Source of the DNA: Bilabrum cf. latius
Taxonomy: Eukaryota
Direction: 5' to 3'
Length of the DNA stretch: 64,000 nucleotides
Assembly (NCBI GenBank): GCA_965178125.1
Contig: OZ237736.1
Span: forward strand, 1,674,001-1,738,000
In this document: one piece after another, positions 52,501 to 62,503 of the stretch
Layout of the letters: each line of letters starts with the position of its first letter
How positions within the stretch are numbered: position 1 is the stretch's first letter
Notes under the pieces: model-generated
What the model was told of the DNA's origin: nothing
The model's input: only the letters and a program-made list of their open reading frames with translations
The model's database searches: none
Made by a program: the position numbers and the translations under genes

Positions 52501-53018
52501 GCTCCGCGTCTGCTCGGGACCAAGAGCTAGGCGTCGATCTCACGGCTGGCCGAGTAAGTAGGGGGCGTGATAGCTCTCTTAGTGGCGAGAAACTGGGTCC
52601 AACAGAGGACCGGGACGAGAGCAATTTCAACTTGCTGTCTTCAAAGGCGGGTGCATCGAAATTGACCACCGAGGACAGTCCGAGCAAGGGTGCAGGAGCA
52701 GCCATGGCATCTAGGTCTAAGGAATCGGACGGAGCAGATCGAGGCGTGCTTGACGGATGGCGCACAGCTACAGGGTCTGATGAGTTCGTCATCATAGCAT
52801 GTGACGGTCTGTGGGACGTCATGAGCAGCCAGTAGGCCGTGAACTTCGTACGTCGACAGCTTGCTGAGCACGGTGACCTTGTGCGAGCTGCCAATGAGCT
52901 CGTGCAGAAATCACTTGAGCTATTCACCATCGACAACGTCACAGCAATCATCGTTGGTTTCATGAGAGAAGGTGCTGGCGAGCCTGCAGTTGCTGGCGAC
53001 AGCCTGATGACCGTGTAA
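46548..53018 (+). CDS. N-acylated cNMP-binding domain + CaMKK/SnAK-like kinase + PP2C (PPM) phosphatase fusion, 2156 aa
   Basis: One intronless frame with only TAGs. MGCGSSK start; F*PGSYVVHQGEKGDSFYII.KGEV...GHFFGEMAL...PRNANV (cNMP); IGQGAFGKV, YAVK, HRDIKPSN, DFG, GTPAFQPPE (kinase); R*GKPDYMEDR, FAVFDGH, ANVGDTR, LSKDH, LAVTRAFGD, IACDGLWDV, DNVT (PP2C). TAA at 53016. Confidence 0.9.
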
Positions 53019-53101
53019 TTGGTGCATAAGTACATCTGCTAGATTTTGTAATTTGGCTTTAGCTTAACATTCAATTAATTGTAGCGTGCTCGGCAATCTC
53101 A

Positions 53102-53133
53102 CCTAACCCCCCCTAACCTAACCCTAACCCTAA
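53102..53133. repeat. Short degenerate (CCCTAA)n tract, inverted relative to the downstream TTAGGG arrays
   Basis: cctaacccccctaacctaaccctaaccctaa seen directly. Confidence 0.85.
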
Positions 53134-53143
53134 ATTCTCCAAT

Positions 53144-53514
53144 CGCCCACCTCCATCCGCCGCCCTCTGCAGGCACCACCCACCAGCCACATCCCAAGCG
53201 CCCACCTCCATCCGCCGCCCTCTGCAGGCACCACCCACCAACCACATCCCAAGCGCCCACCTCCATCCACCGCCCTCTGCAGGCACCACCCACCAGCCAC
53301 ATCCCAAGCGCCCACCTCCATCCGCCGCCCTCTGCAGGCACCACCCACCAACCACATCCCAAGCGCCCACCTCCATCCACCGCCCTCTGCAGGCACCACC
53401 CACCAGCCACATCCCAAGCGCCCACCTCCATCCGCCGCCCTCTGCAGGCACCACCCACCAGCCACATCCCAAGCGCTCGCCTCTATCCGCCGCCCTCTGC
53501 AGGCACCACCCACC
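53144..53514. repeat. Subtelomeric 55-bp C-rich satellite, ~6.7 copies
   Basis: Unit cgcccacctccatccgccgccctctgcaggcaccacccaccagccacatcccaag with alternating variants; abuts the TTAGGG array. Confidence 0.95.
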
Positions 53515-53767
53515 TTAGGGTAGATTAGGGTTAGGGTTAGGGTTAGGGTTAGGGTTAGGGTTAGGGTTAGGGTTAGGGTTAGGGTTAGGGTTAGGGTTAG
53601 GGTTAGGGTTAGGGTTAGGGTTAGGGTTAGGGTTAGGGTTAGGGTTAGGGTTAGGGTTAGGGTTAGGGTTAGGGTTAGGGTTAGGGTTAGGGTTAGGGTT
53701 AGGGTTAGGGTTAGGGTTAGGGTTAGGGTTAGGGTTAGGGTTAGGGTTAGGGTTAGGGTTAGGGTTA
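53515..53767 (+). repeat. Internal telomeric array (TTAGGG)~41
   Basis: Near-perfect hexamer run with one variant near its start; unique sequence resumes at 53768. Confidence 0.97.
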
Positions 53768-55613
53768 CAGTACCATCCTAGGCCAGGCCCGGGCGCCGCG
53801 AAAGTATCATGTTCCGCAAAAAGTATCATGTTCCGCAAAGACGGTGTTGCCGCGCAGTGTCCAAGTGGTCGCAAGATCGCACTGAGGCAGATCTGGGCCA
53901 GTTGCAGATATGCAAGCAGTCGACAAGAGGTGCAAGTGATTAGCAATGCATATTTGGTGTATGATTATGCTTGTCTGCTTGGTTTACAATGAATCTCGGC
54001 CTCGGTCTCCTCGGTGGTGCTGCCCGTGGGTGACGAGCACCCAGGGGGCTGCACGGGATGGACGCCCACCCGGCGAGTCTGGACCAAACCGCGTCGTGCA
54101 AATTGGGTTTGCCAAGGAGGTGTGCCCTGCTGTGTTTCGCCCGCGAGAATAGGGGGTTGTCTCCCCGTCGGGCAGGTGCTCCATCCAGCTCGCCCGTCCG
54201 TGACTGAGACAGCACGGGCCGCGACAAGTGCGCGAGCCCGGGGATCAAGTCAGCGGCCGATGGCAGCGAGCCGGCATGAAGCGCGTGCACGAGGAGCTTG
54301 CGCTTCCCATGCACTGCCTGCCCCACCTCATTGCGGATCTGGGACATCAGGTTCATCGTGTTGCCACACACACCTCCACACTCGACGATCGGATCTACAG
54401 AGACACCTGTCCCGGGATGCTGCTCCTCGTCATTGGCCTGCTCCTTCTCGCCCCGGGGGCACGCGCTGCCTCGAAGCACGCACCCGCGCTCCCGCCCGAC
54501 TCAAGGACTGAGTGCTGGGAGGGTGCGCGGGCAGCCGCGTGAGAGGATGACGGGCGTGCCGCCGAAGGCCGAGTCCAGGAGCTGGGGACGGGACGCATCG
54601 TTGGGACTGCCCTGAGGAGACCAAAGAATCAACCGCCATCCGTACGGATCCCTATACGGTTGGCCGGTCTGACTCTCTGCTCGCCCACCGCACAGATCTG
54701 CTCAGTTCCATGCAATGTTTGCCAGAAGCGGCGAGAGGGTCTCATCAGCACAGGTGGGTCCTAAAGGCTGCCTGCAATGCATAGAAAAAGAATATATCGA
54801 TTGAAACTAATTAATAGCCCCTCGATGCATGGCAACATACCCGAGTGCTGCCATGAAAACCGGACAACGCACAAGCACGTTAGCAGACCAGCGATGATCC
54901 CATACAGATGCCAGAACCTAACAGAAACACCAACAATCAATTTGAATGAATACAATAGAATCAAAATACCTGGCGGTTGTTGTACTCGGGCTATGCGGTA
55001 CCTAGCTGTTCTGTCTGCAAACGCCATGGCGCGCCCCAATGAGGCGAGACCAAAAGCAGACCCACAGCAGCATGTCACCTTGAACATACAACGACATATG
55101 GCAGTAAGTGGTAATTAACATGAATCCCAACAGGCCTCAGTACAGTTGAGCCGGTATGTGGCGCTGAGAGGTGTGGTTGCGCCAGAATCCGCAAACGGTC
55201 GTGAACAGCGGAACCAGCATGCGCGGCGCCGAGGACGTCCAGCAGGGCAAGCCTGTAGCAGGGTGTGCACCGGTTCACGGTACCGATGCTTGGATGTTTG
55301 TGGGCTAGGAATCTGTTTTGTAATACACATGATAGGGTTAGCCCTAACCCTTCAGAATCGGATGCATGGTTCATTTACTTCCATGAGAAGGGCTGACGTC
55401 CTGCATGCACTACATTAGCCCAAATACAACACACGCACATGTCGTCTTGAAACAGTGCACCTCTTTATATTACAGTGGATATAACTCATGGCGAGAGAGG
55501 CTTGTCTGTCTGCAGTGCTGCAATGCAGCTCTTCACTGCTGCACATGCAGCTCGAGGTTCTGCAAGTTATCTGTTCTGCATAGAAAATCACAGAACATGA
55601 CACCTCACTGGCC

Positions 55614-58600
55614 TCATGTCCATTTCTCGTCAAACCCCCAGCCTTCTTGCTCAATTGCTGGGATGTGTACCCACCGTGGAGCGGTGCCAAGAAGAAGGAT
55701 CTCGATTTCGCCACGTGCCCGTGAAATATCTCGCTGGCCCATACCACGCAATCCAGCGCCGGGCACTGATGGCGCCATGTTCTGGTCACCACGAATTCCT
55801 CTAGGTCGTGACAGTGCTGAAGTCGGCGGCTGCGTGATGGCGCTGGAGGCTGCTCCCAGCGGCGGCTGCAACTCGGCAAGGCCGTCACTACCAGCCTTGT
55901 CGGTAGGCATCTGCAGCAATCGACCGATTGGATCATCATCGCTGCCAGCCCCACTGGATGCTGATTCCGAGGCAGGCCTCAATGGTTCCGATGCCCTGCT
56001 GCCGATCGCAGTTCGGTTGAATGCGTTGGCCTCCGTTCGTTCTGCGGGACTCGAGCTCGCATGCTCGCCGGATTGCCGCATGTGCCTTGATCGCTTCTAT
56101 TGCCCTTCTTCCTCATCGCTCTCATGGCCGGGCCAAATATGTCCCAACGAATCTAGGCTATGCTCAAGAGCAGAAGTAGTGGTGGATGCCTGTGACAGGA
56201 TGCTGTCGCCATCGTCAAGAGGACGAGCACGTGTGTACATCCGAAGAACCTAGCTGCAGTGTTGCGATTGAGGTATGTGATACGCACGCCAAAGCTCGTG
56301 CCTCTGGTCGGCACTCACGCCTGCTTCTCCTGCTTCTGCACGTGCTCGGGCCACCATGGATCGGACATCTCCCACAGCTTTCAAGCTTTGAGCTAGTGAC
56401 CTGCGTACCAGCCCCTTGCCTGCTGCCTTGTAGTACGGGGCTTCTGATAGTGCAGGCACTACTGATGGACTACAGGGCAGGTTAATGCAGAGACCAGCGC
56501 CGTAGTAGCCTACATCGATGACACGACGCAGTGACCCATCCTACCTGTTCAGCGCCCCTCTGAAGACTTGAGGACAATCAAAGCCTGGGTTCATCCACTT
56601 GAAATGATCTAGCACGACAGACTCCACGTGCTGGGCAATGGTAACGGCAGGCTGGGCGGTTCTTGGTGGTGGCGAGACGTCGAGCACTGTCTAAAGTCCA
56701 GATCGTGCAATCGACGGCTGGCCTCCCCTTGGTCGCTTCGTTCCAGGCAGAGGGGGCCGCTGCAACCGATCGGGCAGCAATACTGCAGACCCAATCACAC
56801 ACGCAGGTAAAAGCCACACTGATACCATACGACGAAACTGCTCGTCTGCGAGGGATGGCTGTCCGTTCTGCCTGGTGCCTACGACAGCACGAAGAATTGA
56901 AGCGACGTACGAGGTCCGGACAGATGACTCGGCAGCAAGCTTGCGTTGCATGGTCCAGGATAACGATGTTATCAACGCATAGCCTAGCTTGGAGGCCCTA
57001 GCAGATGTCGTGGTCGCCAAGTCACCCCTGAGATTCCCAGCGTTCTTAGAGCCGCGCCACATTGCGCCTGCATCTGGCCTGGGACTGAAGGCAATCTTGG
57101 ATATGCACATCTGCAAGCCAACTAGTATTGCACTCCTTGAGCACCTGAGCCGAGATAGGAGCAGCCCGTACAGTGCTACAGCTAGGCTGCCCCTTGCTAG
57201 CATTCCTTTCCGTGTGCCACTGCGAAGGTGGAGCTTTGCCAGGTGCATTTGCGCAAGGTAAAGCTTCCGTAGCTGCTGCTCCATGACTACAGCGTGGGAC
57301 ATGTCTGTAGACTTGGCAAAGTGCAACAATAGCCTGGACCGCTCAGGCAGTCGAGACAAAATGTCAGCCTGCACGTCAGCCCGTACCATAGCACGAAAGC
57401 CGGTGATTCCGTTGTTCACACCGCTGATGCCCAACTGGAAGTGCTCGTCACCTTGCGTTGATACGAGTCCAGAAAGACCATACCTCTCGGAGATCCGAGA
57501 GATCTGCCATGTCATGCCCAAGCCTTCTGCCAACGCACACAGGCTCCAAGACGTTACCATGACCTCACAGACGGCAAGCACAGTCCACGAGTTCAAGAAC
57601 GTACCGTTGCACCCCCCAGCCCTGACTGACTACACCGCATTTCCGATTTGATCAATGATGGCGGATGCAACCGCCATTACATTAGACTGCTCAGGCATAC
57701 TGCTAGCAGATTGCAAACAGTCACGGACGCTGGACCACTCCAGTGTCGAAGGCCCTAAGTTTCGAAGAACTGGCCTAGTAGCGGGAAGCCACGTTACGGC
57801 AATTTGCTCTGCAACAACCTGAGACCATGCATCTGTCCGTAGAGCCACGCAGCCTTCCATACAGCATCTGCTCATCGATGCAGCTAGCGCCCACATCGCC
57901 GATCGCTGATACGTGGGAATCCTGTCTGCACCACAGACAGCTGCTACGAGCAGTCTTTCGATTCTGCAAAGTGCCCGACGGAGTGTATACCTGAGCATTT
58001 CCAAGTGATTCATGATGGATGTCTTCTTCACGACCTCCACGAAGCATTGCGAGAATGGAGCCACTGACAAATGCTCGATAGTGTCGGCGCGATGTTCACT
58101 CCGTAACTGTCCGTACTGCAGTTCAGCTGGTAGCACTACGGAGGCCAGCATCAGACTCATGGTTGACGCGGGTACATCGAACTCGCCCCTGGTCGATCCA
58201 AGGATTCCTGCAGTTAGCCTTGCATAGCTTTGAGTGAATGCCGTTTGCAGCCCAAGGTATATCCGCCGGCGGGTTGGCAGTGCATCCAGAGCTGCCTAGG
58301 CTCGAATCATGCTTGCAGTTCTCGAACTCAAAGTCGATGGAGCATGTGCATCCGATTCAGCGAAGTGGCGAACCTTAGAGAGAACTCGTCGGCGAAACTG
58401 GTCATATGCAGAGTCGTGCGCCCCTGGACTAGGCTGAAATGCTCGGAATGCTCCAGGCTGGTACAAATGCAGCTGAGATGACAGCATGCAGCCAAGTGAC
58501 ATAAATGAAGGCATGCCGTAGTCGTTGCCAGTGTCATTCTCGGCTAAAACACGTCGGTGCACGGAAAGCACGTCACCCCAGGATAGCGTAGCTGGAAGCA

Positions 58601-61600
58601 TTCCTTGGAAGGTTCCGGCGTACTCTCCAACGGACGCCAGCGCCGCATATGGACGAATTCGCTCTTGCATCACGGCATACCGTGCGTGTTCGAGCCGTGT
58701 TCCGTGTATGACTCCTCGCAGCAACTGATCCCGACAGCTATGCATGTACTGAACTGTTGCTGGGTTTGGTACAGCAACTGACACTGAGCGTTCACCACAC
58801 ACCTCAAAGCCTACGCCAAAACTGCAGTACATGGCCATATCCGCATCCTGTTGCGGCCACAGCTGTCCGTACGGATGAATTATGGCTGCGAGATCTCTCA
58901 TACCTCGGCGTTGATGACGTCCAGTCCAAGCAGGTGCTCGCGCCGCGCCGCGGTACAGCTGTTCCCGAGCACTGCGTGTCAGTGTTTTCCTGCTCACCTT
59001 CCTGTTTGTAGCGCCTGACGCCGATCGCTTGCCATCTCCTGTTGGACCAAACCATTCACCTCTGCGGCCTCTGGCAAACTCCTCATCGCTCTCATCCATT
59101 GCGATCTCCCGAGCACGTTCTTCTTCTGCCTGCTGGGCAGCCAAGTCTTCATGAGCTTTGCGAAGCTGTCCCTGTGCTGCCTGTTGCAAGAGAGACATAG
59201 GATTGCATGCTTTGCAGCCCACTCGCTAGGCGTAGAACACGGAGCACCTGGCTATCTGTCTCATCAGCAGTATCATGAGGAAGCAGTTGTAGTGTGATAC
59301 TAAGTGCAGATGATCAAGTAAAGAGTCGTGACTCAAAGACCACTCGTAGGAGCTGCTGTGCTATGCTTCATCATTCTCCACGCCACGTTGCTTAGCGAAG
59401 TCGTCGTCCTCATCCACGTCCACGTCGGTGTCGTCTGAATCGCTCTGCGCAGCAGCACCACCGCTTATTCCCACGCCTTCATTCTGCTGAGCCTCGTCAG
59501 AATCAGAGTCAGAGTCACTCAACTAGTCAACGGCTGGGTAGCCAAGCCACCGTACCCAATGAAATGCGCACGAAAGCAACCGGGATGGGCTTCTGTGCAG
59601 GGTGTGAGAGCCAGGCCAGAATCTACTTGTCTGTGGACCAGGTCCACTCCCAGCGTGTGCGAGCGACGAATGGTATCCACCGGCTTGGCCTCCACCACGT
59701 TGGACACGTACCACTAGCTCTGGACCTAGCCAGTCGAGCCTGCTGGCAGCAGCCGTGAGCCCGCAGCCGAAGACGTACAGCACACAGCTTCGGATCACAT
59801 CCACATGGGAGCCCTGGGTCCAGAAGCCTTCATGCATACTCATTTCTACAACACCCTCAGTATCAAGCGTTTGCTGCAAGGACTGAGACGGAGGTTCGAA
59901 CGAGTCTATCAGGTCACGGCAAAGATCAAGCAATCCACTAGGTACAAGAATAGATACCGTAGCAGCACCAACATCGAAAAGTTGAACGTGGATGTCAGCA
60001 GCGAGTCCGCGCAGTATACGAAGCGTTGGCAATTTCGACGATTGATCGTTTGCGTTTTCTGCTTGCGTGCTGACAGCCCTACTCCACAAGGTTCCAGAAT
60101 GCGGCACCACTGAAGCCCACCCTTCCCTTGCAGCCTTGTCGACATCACGATGGAACTATCGGGTGCACTCCTACTCAATTAGTTTGCTATACTTGGTAAC
60201 ATCAGACAAGGCCCCGGCAGCCAACACCCGGATGCTTGAGCCACCAAGTCCATTCGGACACTTCTGCTGCAGATCGGTCACCTTGGATCGTAAGCTATCA
60301 ATCTGCTCTTGGTCGCAACGACGCTCAGCCCACAGCATCGCAGTTTGCTAGTCTTTGAAAACGTCATCCCCGTCATCAAGGAATGCTGTCCATGATATGC
60401 GCATTGATCCGCCGGCAGGCGGCCGCTGTGCGTGCGGGGCGCGAACTACCACGCCAGTTGAGGGTGATTGAGACAAGCTGGTATACGACGGAAGCAGCGA
60501 ATCTGAGTCATGTACACCTAGAACGCCATCTGTGATCCAGTCCAGCAGTGCATGGTCCGATCCATCAAGCCCCAGTGGGCTTGCCAACGTGTGAGGCAGA
60601 AAGTGGTTCGAAGTCTCGTCTGCACTGGATCCATTGAGGTCTGCGACAGCTCCAAGAACAGTGAACCCATCTAAATCAAATGCAGAATCGCTGTGACAAG
60701 ACAGCGGTACGTTTCTGGAACCTGGTGCAGACTTGAACGCTCTATATATCGCAGGCTGGTCCGGAATTGTGCTGTCCATTGATCTTCGCGGAGAGGCCGA
60801 GCTTGACAGGCCTCGGCTTGCACTCGGAGTGACGGGCTAGCTGGATGTTCGACTCTCTTTGACAGCGACTTTCTTCCTTGCTGCGGCACGAGATCCTTGC
60901 CTTCGGACGGCGGGCAATGGAGCGAACCCAAGGCACATGCCTGCCAAGAAGTCCAGGGGGGATGACAGGTGCTGTAGAGGTCCAGACTCCGTTTCTGGTT
61001 GGGACATCTGATCGAGCGAGCTGCCAGTGGCCTAGCTGGCACCACGAGAACTACTGCTGTGGCTGCTTGCGGCGCCTGACGACTGTCGACGGCGGCTTGG
61101 CGAGCTGCCAGTGGCCTAGCTGGCACCACGAGAACTACTGCTGTGGCTGCTTGCGGCGCCTGACGACTGTCGACGGCGGCTTGGCGAGCTGCCAGTGGCC
61201 TAGCTGGCACCACGAGAACTACTGCTGTGGCTGCTTGCGGCGCCTGACGACTGTCGACGGCGGCTTGGCGAGCTGCCAGTGGCCTAGCTGGCACCACGAG
61301 AACTACTGCTGGGGCTGCTTGCGGCGCCTGACGACTGTCGACGGCGGCTTGGCGAGCTGCCAGTGGCCTAGCTGGCACCACGAGAACTACTGCTGGGGCT
61401 GCTTGCGGCGCCTGACGACTGTCGACGGCGGCTTGGCGAGCTGCCAGTGGCCTAGCTGGCACCACGAGAACTACTGCTGTGGCTGCTTGCGGCGCCTGAC
61501 GACTGTCGACGGCGGCTTGGCGAGCTGCCAGTGGCCTAGCTGGCACCACGAGAACTACTGCTGGGGCTGCTTGCGCCTCGTGACGATCGTGCACGAGTAG

Positions 61601-62292
61601 CCGTTTCAGGAAGTTCGAATCCCCGCATCTCACTGTGTGCTCCTGACATCTCTGCTCGGGCAGCGAGAGCAGCTTGGGCAGGCAGATATCCAGTTGGCGC
61701 GTACTAGCAGCAATCAACCAGCGATACGTATGTATGCAGATCTGACTCCTTAATCAAGTCGTCAATTAATTGTTTGTGAAATATTTCTGCATCAGCGCTG
61801 GGTGTATCGTAGACCGTGAGAAGATCGGCCAGCATGCCATTTTCGATGACATCGCTTGAGACTCCAAGTTCTCGAAGGCACTCCTAAATCTCTTCGACTT
61901 CGATGCCATCCATCTGCGATATAATAAACTGAAGTTCAATATACTGCGGTTGCTGCTGAGATGTACTCCTATTATCCCAACTGTAGCTCTGGCTTACTTC
62001 AGCTGGCGGATTCGGCTGCTGGGGATCGAAAGTGCGGATCATCTCTAATTTCTCTTCGGATATCTGCGTAACAATGCAACATAAGTATGTATTGAGCTGT
62101 CTGCGGCGGATAGCAAATCAATACTGCCCATATACTCCACATAGAACTCACTGGAACGTGCTACCAAAACAGAGCTCGACGATTCATTGCTCGCTGCAAT
62201 CTTTTGAGTACTTTGTGCATAGATTGCATCTAGCGTGTATCATCTAAGACTTTACATGCATCGTCAATGGAACACAAGGTTTCGTCAGACAT
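55614..62292 (-). CDS. Giant orphan protein (~2200 aa); exon 62063-55614 plus probable exon 62292-62152
   Basis: Seven tracked ORFs (55614, 56250, 56691, 57630, 58296, 59523, 60348) share one frame. I read the gaps and upstream region: ~6.45 kb with ~20 TAGs and no TAA/TGA until TGA 55614. A GTGAGT (62151)...CAG (62064) intron links it to ATG 62292. Confidence 0.8.
61016..61575. repeat. 84-bp coding minisatellite, ~6.6 copies (SPSRRRQSSGAASS[H/P]SSSSRGAS*ATGS on the minus strand)
   Basis: Near-identical 84-bp units, each with one in-frame TAG in the giant-ORF frame. Confidence 0.92.
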
Positions 62293-62503
62293 CTTTAGGC
62301 CGGTTCTGGCGCAAGCAATACTCAACGGAATATTGTGCGCGTCCCCCTCGTGGGGGGCGAGTGCCACCAGTGGGGGGTGCGTGCGGCGCCGCGCTCGACG
62401 GCGGAACACAGTATCTCAAACTGCAAGTGGTCTCGAACATCAAGATTTTTTTGTTTGCTTGCTGGCATTTTGTTTCTCTTCTGCCAGGCAGTGTGAAAAA
62501 TAT

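Noticed and set aside
3509-52523. Long antisense or overlapping ORFs such as 3582-4775, 15416-16639, 47397-48695 and 48503-49585
   Set aside because: They are shadow ORFs of GC-rich coding sequence on the opposite strand of well-supported genes.
1-53018. Mass pseudogenisation as the explanation for in-frame stops
   Set aside because: The interruptions are exclusively TAG, with no frameshifts or in-frame TAA/TGA, and they occur in essential genes with intact catalytic motifs.
17328-53018. TAG as pyrrolysine or gene-specific programmed readthrough
   Set aside because: Pyrrolysine is not known in eukaryotic nuclear genes. The TAGs are numerous, sometimes tandem, and lack a common downstream context.
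53099-53946. Tracked ORFs over the satellite and telomere array (poly-NP, WWVVPAEGGG repeats)
   Set aside because: They are translations of non-coding tandem repeats.
54715-54765. Hammerhead ribozyme (CTGATGAG on the minus strand), as in Penelope-like elements
   Set aside because: The required stem II followed by GAAA is not present.
53940-55400. Protein-coding gene in the proximal part of the telomeric cassette
   Set aside because: The frames I checked are broken by TGA/TAA even with TAG readthrough, and the 179-aa ORF at 53940-54479 has no recognisable features.
41130-61575. 45-bp, 55-bp and 84-bp arrays as CRISPR arrays
   Set aside because: They are head-to-tail repeats with no unique spacers, there are no cas genes, and the context is eukaryotic.
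60671-61717. ORFs 60671-61717 (-) and 60878-61600 (+, Cys/His-rich repeats) as real genes
   Set aside because: Both are alternative frames of the 84-bp repeat region; the third minus-strand frame is continuous with the 6.4 kb ORF on both sides.
55614-62292. Reverse transcriptase, telomerase, helicase or viral capsid identity for the giant ORF
   Set aside because: I could not find YxDD, Walker A/B, GIY-YIG or other diagnostic motifs by eye; left unassigned.
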